DNA of 64,000 bases from Narcine bancroftii (lineage: Eukaryota). The stretch lies in the NCBI RefSeq assembly GCF_036971445.1, contig NC_091473.1, forward strand, positions 200,074,001 through 200,138,000, given 5' to 3'. Below are positions 11,640-24,689 of the stretch, one piece after another (position 1 is the stretch's first letter; each line of letters starts with the position of its first letter). Position numbers and translations under genes: made by a program. Below the pieces are notes generated by a model, which saw nothing but the letters and a program-made list of their open reading frames with translations, was not told the DNA's origin and did not search any database.

Positions 11640-13063
11640 GCGTGACTCCAACAAGGGCCGGGCCGGGCAGGGCCCCGAACAGTCGGGATCCCCACACACC
11701 TCAGTCATTCCCCTCACGCTCCGCCTGTCCACCCGGGGCAAGTCTCACCTCCACCCCCGGGGCAAGTCTCACCTCCACCCCCGGGGCAAGTCTCACCTCC
11801 ACCCCCGGGGCAAGTCTCACCTCCACCCCCGGGGCAAGTCTCACCTCCACCCCCGGGCCCAGGCCATGGCCTCCTCCGTAGACTCGCCAGTTGCTGAGAG
11901 AACGGAGCTCAGGGACGTTCGAAGGCCCTGTGACGACAATGCGTAACGGACTGGCTCGGGCACACCGTCACTTGACTGGGCGACCGCAGCCCAGGAGGAG
12001 TGGCAGAGGGAGCTGCCAATCAGAGGAGGGGCGGCGCCTGTGCTTCCCTGTACATGCGGAAAGGGGCTTCCCCAGTCCTTTCCGGGTGGAATCTGGAGCA
12101 GTGTTCATTGGAACCGGGAATAAAGCAGCGAAGAATGAGGGGGATAAATAAATAAGGGAAACGGGAGTGTGGGATAAAACTGGCCCGAAATGGGGAGAAT
12201 AGACGGTCAGAGTTCATGTTGAGGGTTTTCACAGCCAAACGGTGCCGAAAGTGAGCGGTGAAGCTGCGCTCAGTGAGTGTCGGGCGGGCGGGCTCTGGGC
12301 TCAGTGATGGACAATAAGGAGAGAGCAGATTGAGAAAGAGGGTTTAGCATCATCCTGCTCAAACGTTGGTTCGGACTCAGCTGGAGATGTTGGCGATGGA
12401 ATCCGATTTCCGCGCTCCCTCCCTCCCTCCATCATGTTCCCGCGGCTTCAGTGGACGAGGCTCCCTTTCAAACGAACCCGCGTCTCCTCTCCCCGACCCG
12501 GGGAGCCCCACCTTCCGCCCGGGCCCGAGGGGAGCATTAATCTCCAGTGTGGAAGCAATAAATGGGAACCTTTCCAACAGCCCTAACTCCACATTGGATG
12601 AAAACTCAGATCAATGACGGATCTTCACTCACATGGTTCCAATCCTGTTCAATGAGGAAGCTCAGTTTCACCAAGTCCAGGCAAATGATGGAGCTCCGCC
12701 CCTTTAAGGAAGGGGGGTCAAGGACGTCCCATGGGGTGACGTCATCTGGTTCGCCAGACGGATGACGCTCAGAGTTCTTCATAAGCATGCGCAGTGGGTG
12801 TATCCCCGACAGGCGCTTGTTGGAGATCGAATATGATTCAGAACCGGGCGCCGGGAGCAGTTCGCAGCACCTGGACCTGGAACCGAGGCTCCCGTGGTTC
12901 TGGGCTTTGCAGCGCCCGGCGAGAGGACGTTTCTCTCCGGGTCCCGGCCCCATTCCCAATTTCTGTTTTCATTTAACCCGCGGCCCAGCTCTGCGGGACC
13001 CTCCATCGGGCCGAGCCCGCGCTGTGGGGCCCGGGGCAGGTCTACATTGACTTATCTCCACAG
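11640..13063 (+). promoter_or_regulatory. CpG island, probable promoter, non-coding first exon and first intron of the zinc-finger gene at 13066
   Basis: CpG-rich. CCAAT at ~12016. Candidate donors GTGAGC (12251) and GTGAGT (12273). CRE TGACGTCA at ~12738 and NRF1-like GCATGCGCA at ~12785. Acceptor TCTCCACAG ends at 13063, 2 nt before the ATG. Confidence 0.65.
11729..11857 (+). repeat. 24-bp minisatellite (GGCAAGTCTCACCTCCACCCCCGG) x~5
   Basis: Direct tandem repeat with period 24. Confidence 0.92.
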
Positions 13064-13065
13064 CG

Positions 13066-13905
13066 ATGAACCCTTTCCAGTGCTCCGACTGCGGGAAGAA
13101 ATTTAAACGTCTGGGTGACTTAAAGAGACACCAACGGGTCCACACCGGGGAGAGGCCCTTCACTTGCCCTGAGTGCAAGAAGGCCTTCGCTAGGTTGTCC
13201 AACCTTGATGTGCACCTGCGGATCCACACGGGGGAGAGGCCGTTCACCTGTCCCGATTGCGGGAAGGGGTTTGCCCAGATCACCAACCTACGGACCCACC
13301 AGTGGATCCACACCGAGGAAAAGCCTTTCTCTTGTCCCGAGTGCGAGAAGGCCTTCAGCAGGTTGTCCAGTCTTGAGGTACACCAGCGGGTCCACACAGG
13401 GGAGAGGCCGTTCACTTGCTCCGAGTGCGAGAAGGCCTTCAGCAGGTGGTCCCACCTTGAGAGACACCAGCGTGTCCACACAGAGGAGAGGCCCTTCATT
13501 TGTCCGGAGTGCGGCAAGGGCTTCACCCAGAACTCCCACTTGCAGATACACCAGCGGGTCCACACAGGGGAAAAGCCATTCACCTGCTCCAAGTGCAAGA
13601 AGTCCTTCACCAGGTTGTCCAACCTTGAGGTACACTGGCGGATTCACACTGGCGAGAGGCCCTTCACCTGCCCCGAGTGCAAGAAGTCCTTCAACAGGTT
13701 GTCCAACCTTGAGGTACACCGGCGGATTCACACTGGCGAGAGGGCGTTCACCTGCCCCAAGTGTGGCAAAGACTTCACCGACACCTCCAGTCTGCAGAGG
13801 CACCAGTGGGTCCACACTGGGGAAAAGCCGTTCACCTGCTTTGAGTGTGGGAAAGGTTTTACCCAGTCAGACATCCTGCTGAAACACCAGCGAGTTCACA
13901 CATAA
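13066..13905 (+). CDS. C2H2 zinc-finger protein, 10 tandem fingers, no KRAB/SCAN/BTB domain seen
   Basis: 279-aa intact ORF with ten CX2CX12HX3H units and TGERPF-type linkers, preceded by a splice acceptor. Confidence 0.9.
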   Translation: MNPFQCSDCGKKFKRLGDLKRHQRVHTGERPFTCPECKKAFARLSNLDVHLRIHTGERPFTCPDCGKGFAQITNLRTHQWIHTEEKPFSCPECEKAFSRLSSLEVHQRVHTGERPFTCSECEKAFSRWSHLERHQRVHTEERPFICPECGKGFTQNSHLQIHQRVHTGEKPFTCSKCKKSFTRLSNLEVHWRIHTGERPFTCPECKKSFNRLSNLEVHRRIHTGERAFTCPKCGKDFTDTSSLQRHQWVHTGEKPFTCFECGKGFTQSDILLKHQRVHT

Positions 13906-13941
13906 AGTTTGTAGAGTATTGAATATTGAAGAATCACTCAG

Positions 13942-16900
13942 ACTGGGCTGGCGGCATCATGGGATTGGCAGTAGATTGGTGCTCCTGCCAACTTTCAAAC
14001 ATTTCCCACTCAATCATCTTTAATCTTTAACCAAAGTGGCTTAAACTTATCCCCTTCAATATTTAATATCATTGCCTTTGGAGAAGATGACTACCAGAGG
14101 AGCTAAAGCAGCAAAAAATAGTAAAGAAGATACGGCTCCTCTGACTGCAGACTCTATCTCAGATGTGTTGAAAAAACAATCACAGGAAATATCCACAGAA
14201 GGTCAATGAGAGTTTAATTCTAAGGTTGAGAAGGTTTTCCAAGTGATTTCAGTAATTGAAGAGCATTTGGAAACTGGAGGATGGTTTGAAGTCTGTTAAT
14301 GACCATATAGATTAGTGGTCTCCAAAGTGGTCAATATCGACCCCTAGCGGTCAATGGGACCATCCAGGGGGTCAAAAATGCGGGAGGGTCGATTTAAAAT
14401 CGTGCTTCTACATGGCCCACCCCCAACCTGGTTAAGCACAGTGGTGGGGGGGAGGAGAGGCTGACCTGCCAGGAACCTATGTGCGCCGCCGTTAAACTGC
14501 CCCTTCATCCCGCATGCGCCAGCCGGCACTTTGAGCATCTCCATCACATTTTCCCCCCTCATCACACGTGTCAGGTGGATACACACGACCTGTGGACCCT
14601 GAGACACTGCATTTAACAAGTGCACTTTCTGCCCCTTAATTTGTCCTCTATTTCAGGCTGTAGTGTTTACACATTCAAATGGAGGACAAGTTAACGTCCG
14701 GCTTGAGGTGGCCTAAAATTGGATGTTTGGCCACCCGGCCCATCCCCCCCCCCCCCCTGCTCCTGTTCAGCCTCATTGTTGCTCCCCCCACTCCCAGTCC
14801 AGCACCTGGATTCCATGCCTGGGGGTCGATGAGGGACCACGTAGTCTCCTAAGGGGATTAGGGTCTAAAATGTTTGGGGGCCCCTGGTATAGATAAACTA
14901 GAAACTCGATGTAAAGTAATGTCAGCCTCCAAATCCAAGGTAGCCTGGAAGGTGGTTGATTTGGAGAGCAGGAGCAGATCCTGGGCTGAAAGGAAGACAC
15001 TGAAAAAGGCCAGTTAACTGACTTCTGCTCAAATCTACTGATGGTGGGGTTTGGAAGAATTTTTTTGCTCCTAAGCCCGAGCTCAACAGAGCATGTCAGT
15101 CTCTGGTTCCCAAGCCAACCATGGAACATCGTTCACGTTCGGTAATTCTTCATTTTCATTATTACCAAAAAAAGGATCCTGTTATTCATGAAGCTCATCT
15201 GATCAGATATTTGAATGATCAGGTTCAAGAAATTAGATTTGTGGAAGATTTTTGCCACGAAGTTGTGGAGCTGTGGAAAGAATAGGTTATGACTGCATTG
15301 TACAAGAAAGGATTCAAACCCACTTTGTTGTATCCAGTTCGTCTGTGGATCACCTTGGAAAACGGCCACAAGTATTTTTTAAATTTGGTGGATGAAGCTT
15401 GAAAAGTTTTGGTTGATTCTGTTCCAACTGCAAGTTTAATATAAACGAATAGTCTGTGTCTGAAGATATTTCTGTCTTGAAGGGGGGGGGGGGGGGGTTT
15501 TCAAATGGGAGAAGTCTGACCACTCATTTCTTGTGTGAATTGAAGGGTTAATTGATTTAATAATGACATGGTTTTTTATTTTAATTTTTGTTTAGTTTAT
15601 TTTGTTTATCTTTGATATTAAAGATTTAATAGATTGTATTAATCTTATTTTATTAATGTTGACAGTATTTGCCTATGTTGCTTATTCATTTATTAACACT
15701 GCAAGTGATATAATGTATGTCCTTTATTATCTGATCGTGGGAAAGTAGGTTTGTGCAGCTCGTTTATTCTAGGACCGTGGGAAACTCCGGTCAACATTGG
15801 AATAACAGATATGCGCTTCATCTTGTTTAGGTGGGGAAACATTTTATAATAAGTAAAGACAAGTTGTAATGTTCATGTTACTGAGTTTGGAAAGTTAAAT
15901 ATATATTTTTATAGTTTAAGAAGCCTTCCTTTTTAATTACTAATGATTTTATATTATTTTGAAAGTTTAAGGCTCTTTTAACAAATTTTGGTATTTCAGA
16001 TATTTTAAGTTTTGAAAAAAAAATACTAACAACAGAGAATATTTTTTTGAAACTATTGTCGGATTGATTATTTTTTCGTAGATAATCAACTGATTTCTTT
16101 GACTAAATCAAGTGAATATCAAGGAATAGTGATATCTGATCATCTCCTGTTATCTTGTCTTGGAATTCTCCTGACATTCCTTTTACAGAGAGATGTTGGT
16201 CTTTTAATTCTACCTGACGCTCAGATAATGATGTTTTGAATTTTATGGAAGAGCAAATCCAATTGTTCTTCACTACAAATTCTTCTCAACAATTTATAAC
16301 CTGATTGGGTCATAATGAAATCATATCTGAGATGGCAAATTATTTCTTATACAGCTAATATAAAGAAGACTAATAAGGAAAGATTAGATTTAATCAATCA
16401 GATTAAACAAATTGATTTACAGGATACACAAGTTAAAAATCCTTAAACTTAAAATTAATTTGATCTTCTTTCTACTTATCCCATTGAACAGCAACTTTTG
16501 AAGAGTAAGAGTCAGTTCTACATCCATGGTGAGAAGGCTGGTAAACCTTTGTCCAGCCAATTGAAAGTAATGGCTGCTGAGAAACAAATTAATAAGATTC
16601 TGATGGAAGTGTCCATACCATTATGGACACTACTGACCATTCTGAAATAAATTAGAGAATTTTATTCTAGATTGTATACTTCTGAATCTTCAACATTACT
16701 TCAATGTTAGATTTTCTGGATCACCTTAATTTGCCTATGCTTTCTCAGAATAATTGTACGAGTTTGGAAACACCTATACCTCAAGAGGAAATACTTTTTG
16801 CAATTTCCTCTTTACAATCTGGTCAATCTACAGGACCTGATGGGTACCCTATGGAATGTTATAAATCCTTTTCCAAATTGCTTGTACCCCAATAAAGTTA

Positions 16901-19033
16901 ATAATTTGCAGCAGTCTTAATCTTAATCCCGTTTAATCTTCAACAGGATACTGGTCAAGGTTGTCCTTTAAGTCCATTACTTTTTGACTTGGTATTCGAA
17001 CCTTTAGCAATTGCTCTTCATGGTAGGAGAGATTTTATAGGGGTTCCTAGGAACGGTATTGAACACAAGGTTTCTTCATATACAGATGATCATTTGTATC
17101 TAATCCAGATGTTTCTTTACCAAGCAAATTAACTTTGCTTTCCCATATTAGTCTGTTTCTGGGGTATGTTGAATCTACATAAAAGTGAACTTTTACCTTT
17201 AAATGGTTCTATACCAAGTTACTCTAATTTTCCTTTTAAGATTGTGAAGGATTGGAATACCTATTGTCATTGCAATTACTAGGAGTTATAAACAACTTTT
17301 TAAGAAAATCTTTCTACTTTATTTAATCAAGTCAAATTACTGCTATTGAGATAGTCGCCATGATCTCTTTCCATCATAGGTCGCATCAATTCTATTAAAA
17401 TGAGCATTTTACCTATGCTTTTGTCTCTTTTCCAATTTTCTTATCCCAATCTTCTTTTAACTTACTTGATTCACTCATGTCTTCCGACATATGGCAAGGA
17501 AAATGCCCTCATTGACATAAAGCTCATCTTTAAAACACTAAAAGGAGTGGTGGATTGGTGTTTCCTAATTTTAGATTTTATTATTGGGTGTCAATATATG
17601 GAATTTGCTTTAGTTACATTTTGATAATCTAATTGGCTACCTTTCATGGTTAGAAACAGAATTGGCTTACTAAAAATACTTATTAGTTGGCAATTCTCAT
17701 GTTTTTTTTAATCTCTTTCTTTATTTTAATTAATTGATGATCCGATAATCAGACATAGTTTCAGAATATGGGCACAATTTAGAAAGTTTTTTTTAATTTC
17801 AGAGCTTTCAGAACTTCTCTTGCCAGCCATATTTTATCTAATCATATTTTTCAACCTTCTTTGCAAGATACTGTTTAATGACTGGCACAGATTGGGTATT
17901 AAAAGTTTTAAAGTCATTTTTATTTGAAACAATTTAAACAATTGGAAGTAAAATTTAACTTATCAAACACTCAGTTTGTTAGAAATTTACAAGTTACACA
18001 TTTTGTCCAATCTCAGATCACTGACTTTCCGAGGCAAACATCCTTGATTTATGTTTTGATTTACAACTTTCTCATGAAGGTTTAATATCTTATTTATAAT
18101 TGCTTGATTTAAGAATTGCCTCGTTAGTTAAACTCAAGAGCAATTGGGAACAGGATTTGAATTTTTCATTCTGAGATGAGGGTTGTGACTCTATTTGGAA
18201 TCTGATTAATACAACTTTCTTTTGTTCACCACCCTGTTTGTTGCAATTTAAAGTAGTCCATAGATCTAAAGTAAAATTGGCTTATTTTTATTCAGATATA
18301 AATCATCTATGTGATAAATGTAAAATTGTTGTTGCCTCTTTGGTTCACATGTTCTGGACTTGCCCTTGATCAGAAAAATCTGGAAAGCTATCTTTCGGTG
18401 ATTATCCAGTCCAAATTAGAGCCTTGTCCTTTAATTGCTCAGTTTGGACCATTTCAGAATGATGATGTTTTACTGACTCCAACTCAAAACCAAATTATAT
18501 CTTTTACTTTATTGATGGCCAGGCGTGCAATTTTGATGAATGGAAAGACAATTCTCCAGCTTCACATACACTATGGTTCAGTGATATTATGTCTTAAGTT
18601 AGAAAAAAAATAGAAATGCCATTAAAGATTTAATATTTCAGAAGACGTGGGGCCTGTTCGGGCTGTTCTGAAGCTTTGGTTCTGTGCTGTCCATCTCCAG
18701 GTTGTTATCACCTGACTCCTACGTGTCAGCCTTGAACCTTGCTCAGTGGGATGGGTTCTGGATTGGAAGGGTTTCTGTTTTTCTCTTGAATTTGACAATA
18801 CAATATATAATTGTCCTGTTCAATTGTGTAAAATGAAAACAGCAAAAAAAAATTTTAAGAGGAAAAAGTTAATACTATTTAGGATGTGAATTATGAATCT
18901 GATTTACAATTTATGTCTGTTAGTGATGTATAACATTTAATTTAGTTTATGTAATTGTTCACATTGAATTGTACCCTTTTTGCTTGTTTAGGTTCTTTAT
19001 TAAAATCAAATAAAAATATTATAAAAAGAAAGA
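13942..19033 (+). mobile_element. Near-full-length but degenerate, internally deleted L1-clade LINE inserted in the ZNF 3' flank
   Basis: ORF1 MTTRGAKAAK..., RT QGCPLSPLLF, C-terminal Cys motif, AATAAA at ~19009 and an A-rich tail. Flanked by an imperfect duplication (AATCACTCA / CATCACTCA). The empty site is visible at ~39255 and ~51325. Confidence 0.85.
14313..14886. mobile_element. hAT-type non-autonomous DNA transposon inside L1 ORF1
   Basis: Termini TAGTGGTCTCCAAA...TTTGGGGGCCCCTG with an 8-bp TSD (ATATAGAT/GTATAGAT). Absent from the paralogous L1 at ~38120. Confidence 0.82.
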
Positions 19034-19610
19034 ACATCACTCACTCAACCTCCAGAAGGGTCTGGAGTCTTGTGGTTATTGAGGAAACAAATCAAAACAG
19101 GTCTTGGTTTTGTTGTCAATTTGCAATATGTTTTCAGGTTCAAGTTTATGTCACAGGTACACAGGTGCAGTGGGGAAGTTTGTTCTGGAGCAGTCCAGCT
19201 GGACATTCATGTAAGTCACAGTGAGGGGTGCAAGTTCCAGGGACAGATCAGTGGGTACAAGGCAAAAGCAGCATTATTTTACAATGGTGGGGATCTTAAG
19301 AGTCTTATAAGAGGAAGGAACTGTCCTTGAATCTGTTGGGGTGTGATCTCATATTGGGGAATCCTCTCCATGGGGAGAGGGAGGGTTGGGTTTTTTACTA
19401 TACTGATTGCTTTCCAAGCTAGTGGAGGTGGAATGGATTCTCTCCCTCAATGTTCGTGACTCACATTAAATGTTTTTGAAAATCTTAACAATACAACACG
19501 GGTGAAGGCTCTCCGGCCCATGAAACCCGTGCCGCCCAATTAACCTACCAATCACAGTGGGAAGGTACAGACAGGACTAGATTCGAACCTGTGGCGTTGG
19601 TTGGACAGCG
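19034..19610 (+). repeat. ZNF-associated 3' flank unit (copies at 39230-39850 and 51298-51956)
   Basis: Three alignable copies, each starting CATCACTC..CCAGGAGGGTCTGGAGTCTTGTG and containing the same old Rex1 and SINE-like fragments. Confidence 0.85.
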
Positions 19611-21229
19611 CTTTCAATGATCCTATTCACTGAAATCCAAAATCAATAGGCTCAATGACCGTCTTCGTTACCCAGAATCCCCCCACGCAGCTGGACCCGC
19701 TCTGCCTGTGCCGAGTTTTGCCGTTAAAACGCGCACTGTCACACACACACAAATAAAACCACATTCGGCAATGCATCGCAAATCAGTATAAACGCACACG
19801 CGGCTGCTCCAGCAAATAACCAACACAAACTAGTAGCTGGGAAACAAGGTATGGAACTCATCCGTCTGCCCCTGTCGGCTGGAAACGCCTGGCCCACTCG
19901 GTTGGTTTGGACCCAGGCAGGAATCCAGCGCAACTCGTCATTAGATTGGTAAAACACTCCCGTTCATTTCTCGAGCAGAGGGGACGAGTTCTGTGGAAAC
20001 GAGACGCATTATCGATCATCCAAGCTTTAAACAACATTCTTATTTTGCCAAGTTGTATCATTTCCTCGCGTTGGCGACTTGCAATGAATTTGAACCACCA
20101 AATAAAGCTTTTCCGAATTTAATCCTTTCAAAGCACCCGCCCCACCCCACCCCAAGCCAGTTGGAAGCAAATTTGTATTAAATTTTTTATGGCGTGTCTT
20201 TAAAAAAAGAAATCATGCTTTCCAAATTGTTCATCAAATATTGAGGTTAATATATAAATCCACCATTTCAGGCTCTAACGACGCTCAGTGACCAACGGTA
20301 CATTATATTCAGAAACACTGCCTGACTGAGACGTGATCCAGACCCACGAACAGGTAACACTGAACACAACATTAACCAAATAAAGTATTAATTTGTCCTT
20401 CAGTTGTGCTTTGGAGGGTCATGGATCAGGTGCAGGGAGATGGGATTAGCCCAGAAGACCTTGTTGCAGTGACTGGTTGGGCTGAAGGGCCTGTCCCACA
20501 TTCTTTGACTTTATGAACATACCATCCAATATGTCCTGCACACAGTGTCCCAACGTTGCCGACGTCCACTGATCACTGCACATGGTGGTTCATGGCACTC
20601 GGTGACACATCTTTCCTCCCCACATCTTCCATGACATTTATTACCCTGTGGGGTGTTGACAGTGGAAGCAGCGTGGATAAGAGAATGATGCTGGAAGATG
20701 CTCCACTGTTGGCTTCTGGATGAGCTGGTGGGGGCAGGATCTTTGTGTCCGATGCACTTCGATCAGTGGTTCTCAACCTTTATATTTCCACTTACTCCCA
20801 CCTTAAATAATCCCTGATGACCCACAGAGCATCTATTCTCTGGCATAGGATATCACAGATGCTCTGTGGGCCGGGGAAATGCTGGAGGGGCCCATGGAGA
20901 AGAGCGGCGTGAAGCGGGCATTTTGGATTAATTCAGCCCATTCTCTCCCTGCTGGGCAGGGAGGGGTCGCTCAAGCCGGATGGCTTATATTACCCAAAAG
21001 TTGTTTACTTCATAGCTTATCTCTTTGAACAAATGATTTAATTATCTTCAAGGTCTGCGACCAACAAAAGAAAACTGCATCTCTGGGCCTCATGGTGGAA
21101 TTTAGGTGTATCTAATTCATATGCATCCCTGGGCCCCATAGTGTAAATTAGATTATGTCTGCTGATTCTAAAAAAACAAGCAGGTTCTCAACCTTGCAGA
21201 AGCAAAGGCTGCAAAAGTAAAAATCACGG

Positions 21230-21800
21230 TTTAAATCTTCCATTATTGTGCATCAAGGCTTTGATAGACGAGTGCGCAAGGTCGTGAACCATTTTGAAGG
21301 CTTGATGCCCCCACTGCTGTGCCACTACCGGACATGGTGTGCCAGAGGAGACCACATAGGAGCATGTCGGGGCTGTCCGGCAGCTTGAGGTCCTTGAAAC
21401 AGAGGCTGGTGATGGCGGCGCGAAATGCTTGCGTCTTGCCATCCCCCTTTTGTGCCTGTGCTAGTTGAGTGTCGTAAAGGCCGAGGGGTAGCGTGTGGAT
21501 CCTGGGTCATGAGAGTGCATCAGCCACGACATTGTCCTTGCCCATTAAGTGCCGATGTCCGTAGTGAACTTGATGTAGGACAGATGTTGTTGCTGGTGCG
21601 CTAACCAGGGTCTTTTGCCATGGTGAGGGCTTGGGTTAGGGGCTTGTGGTCTGTGAAGACTGTGAATGACCTGCCCTCCAGGAAGTACCAGAAGTGTCTG
21701 ATCAGGTAAAGGGCTAGGAGCTCCCTGTTGAAGGTGCTATATTTGAGTTTGGGGGGAGACACAGATGCCGGCTGAAGAACGCCAGGGGTCTCTACTGACC
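21230..21800 (-). mobile_element. Gypsy LTR-retrotransposon pol fragment (RNase H/integrase)
   Basis: KYSTFNRELLALYL...FLEGRSFTVFTDHKPLT. Confidence 0.8.
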
Positions 21801-22734
21801 TTCCACCGACCTCTCCAGGATGCTCTTTTAAACTGCAGCACCTGGGTAGCCCTCCTGGGAGCACCTTTTAAATTGCAGGAGGAATCAACCCATTAAATCA
21901 TTAACCGGCAATTTAAGGGCAATCACACCCCCATGATGTTGTGGTAAGTGATGTGTCATGCACTCATGGGAACTATCAGCAGATAGTCTCCCCCACCAAC
22001 CATCAGTCATCCCCCCCCCCCGCTAGTTACCACCCACCATCAATCACCACCCTCCCAGTCAGTCACCCTCCCCTGACAGTCACCATCTCCGCCATCAAAC
22101 AACACCCACCCCAACAGTCACACCCCTCTCCTCAACTACGTCCCGGTGCTGCAAACCAGAGTGGCATTTGCAGCAGCAGCAATTCACAGCCCCCCACTCA
22201 CCTTTCCCCTCTTGCAGCGACCTCTTCCCCCCACCCCTCACGGTAATGACTTGTCACCACTCACCCCCCCGCGCGACAGCGACATCTTCCCTTCAACCCC
22301 CCCCCCCCACTTCATTGCAGCAACCTCACTGCCCCCAATTGTGGCATAGAGGCTCTGATTCTAAAGGCGAGAACACAGAAGTTTATCTCACCAATCTATT
22401 TCATGCTCCATGCGGAAGGAGCTAAACCAGGCCTTCGTAAGTCAAGACAGAGGTGGGAGTTGGACCTTGGAATATCGAATGATGAGCTCTGCTGGTCTGG
22501 CCAGTTTGACTGCAATTATAAATGTGCGGTATGTTGGAACCAAGGGGTTAAGTAATCATAGAAATTATGCCTATGTACTATTCATTATGTATTCATTAAT
22601 CCAGTACTATGTAACTATTTACTATTTACTTCAATTATACTATTTAAAGGAAATAGGAATGCAATTAAGTAACAGCCACAGTATGTAGCAAAGTTGGCTG
22701 ATGATAGTACGTGTAGAATTTGCTGTCTCCAAAT

Positions 22735-22934
22735 TTTTTTTTTTCTTTGGCTTGGCTTCGCGGACGAAGATTTATGGAGGGGGTAAAAAGTCCACGTCAG
22801 CTGCAGGCTCGTTTGTGGCTGACCAGTCCGATGCGGGACAGGCAGACACGATTGCAGCGGTTGCAAGGGAAAATTGGTTGGTTGGGGTTGGGTGTTGGGT
22901 TTTTCCTCCTTTGCCTTTTGTCAGTGAGGTGGGC
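22735..22934 (-). mobile_element. 5'-truncated RTE LINE 3' end
   Basis: HLTDKRQRRKNP...CNRCNRVCLSRIGLVSH C-terminal zinc finger, A-rich tail and TSD TCTCCAAAT. Confidence 0.88.
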
Positions 22935-22968
22935 TCTCCAAATACAAAAGAGAGAAAATGTATGAACC

Positions 22969-23644
22969 TGTTAGGAATTAAAGTACCTTTAAAGAAATTG
23001 CTCGAGACAAAAATTGAGAACAAAGAACATTTATTACTACAACAATGCAAAGTTGGGTGCTTCCCCTTACCCTGGGAATACACACACATACTGGGGCTCA
23101 CCCAACTTTTATACAGTCAATTTCAGTATCAGAATGCCCTCCCCCTTACATTCTTCTGCCCCCTGGATGGGTTTGGCATAGGTAATTCTTCCTGCCTACG
23201 TGCAGTTTCAGTACACTTGGAGGACCAGGGGGTATCCTGTGGGTGCCCCATCATGTCATTGTCCTTATTCACACCTTCCTGATTCTCTGGGCTACAGTCT
23301 CTTAATATGCAGAGTTGACTCATTCTATCTAGGGTTGGCTAATTTCATATGTATAAATCTGTGTATGGTTAGCTAATTAGAAATGTATGACTTGGTACTT
23401 CTGTCCAGGGCTAGGAGACCCTTATCTGATCCAGACTACCTCAACTTCCTACATTCTATTGTACCTTACCATTCCTTATCTTAGTCACAAAGGATAGATG
23501 ATTCTTATGTTAATCGTGCTGACTCTGCTTTCCTGCATCCTAAGCCCCAAACTTATCCTGTTTGAACTGGTTTCAGCCATTTTACTGATGAACTTTAGTT
23601 TCTTCCATGTTCATAATTTTAGGTCAATTTTCCCATCTCTCACA
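22969..23644 (-). repeat. 3' LTR of ERV C
   Basis: TG...CA termini, adjacent PPT, matches 27901-28589. Confidence 0.95.
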
Positions 23645-24689
23645 ATCCTCACTTTTCTTTTAGATCAGTAATACTGATCTTTCACCATGATCAGTGTTAC
23701 TGATCTTTGGTTACTAGTGTCAGTGTGACTGATCCCCCCCCCCCCCCCTCCTCACTTTTCTTTTAGATCAGTAACACTGATCTTTCAAGTGTAAGGTGTA
23801 GTTTTACCCAGCTGGTCAATAACCGAATTGTAATGTCTGTGTAAAGTCTTTAGGTAGGGGAGCACCATGAAGGTCAGGGGAGTGAGTCCAGCTGCTTATT
23901 AGGGTTTGGAGTATCAGGCTCCAGTTCTCAGTAAAGAGTCTAGTCCATCCCATACGTTGAAATATTGAAGCAGTGTCTTTGAAGCACACGACCTTTGTAA
24001 GTGTTGTCCCGACGAAGTCTGTGAGAGGCGCTGCCTTCAGCAGCGAACAAGTATCAGTCTATGAGAAGCGCTGCCTTCAGCAGCGAACGAGTAGCAGTAG
24101 TCAGGCGGTTCCGTTTGATTGTGGCTCGTATCTGATGTCCTCTTCAGCCCCGAACCCTAGGGCCACCGATCTCCGAAGGCTGTTTGGAGCCTGATATTAA
24201 AGTGTCAAGCAGCTCACGTTGTTGGAAACTGGTGCTCCCTTTCATGGGGTGATGAAAAGTGACCAAGCTGGGGGGGGATTGTTTCTTGTGATTTAACTGT
24301 GTGTTGCAGCTTGTCTGCTAACATTAGCATATGTATCATTGAACTTGTGAGTTGCAGCCTGTCTGTGTACATTAGCATATGTATTAACTCTCTCTCTCTG
24401 TTACATGTACAATCCTGACTACCATTCTGTCTGTCTTTGTCCCACCATGTCCTTTGTGCTATCGCTTCAAAACTCCTGTCTTTAATACCTGTGTAGGCTA
24501 TGATACAAATTAGATGTACTCCACTAAAGCTGTTTAATTCCCCTGGTCCGTATTGGGATCCCTTATATCCCATTATGACTATACATTAAATCTATGCCCT
24601 GTCTACATTCTAAAGGAGCACAATTGTAACCTCTGCTGCCCCTATTCCAGGGGGACTTAAAACATTAACGAACAATATTCCAAAAAATG

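Noticed and set aside
12301-12380. Possible intronic C/D snoRNA in the conserved tract
   Set aside because: The C box is imperfect (GTGATGG) and there is no suitably placed CTGA or terminal stem.
22701-23282. 193-aa ORF
   Set aside because: Chance read-through across an RTE tail and an LTR.
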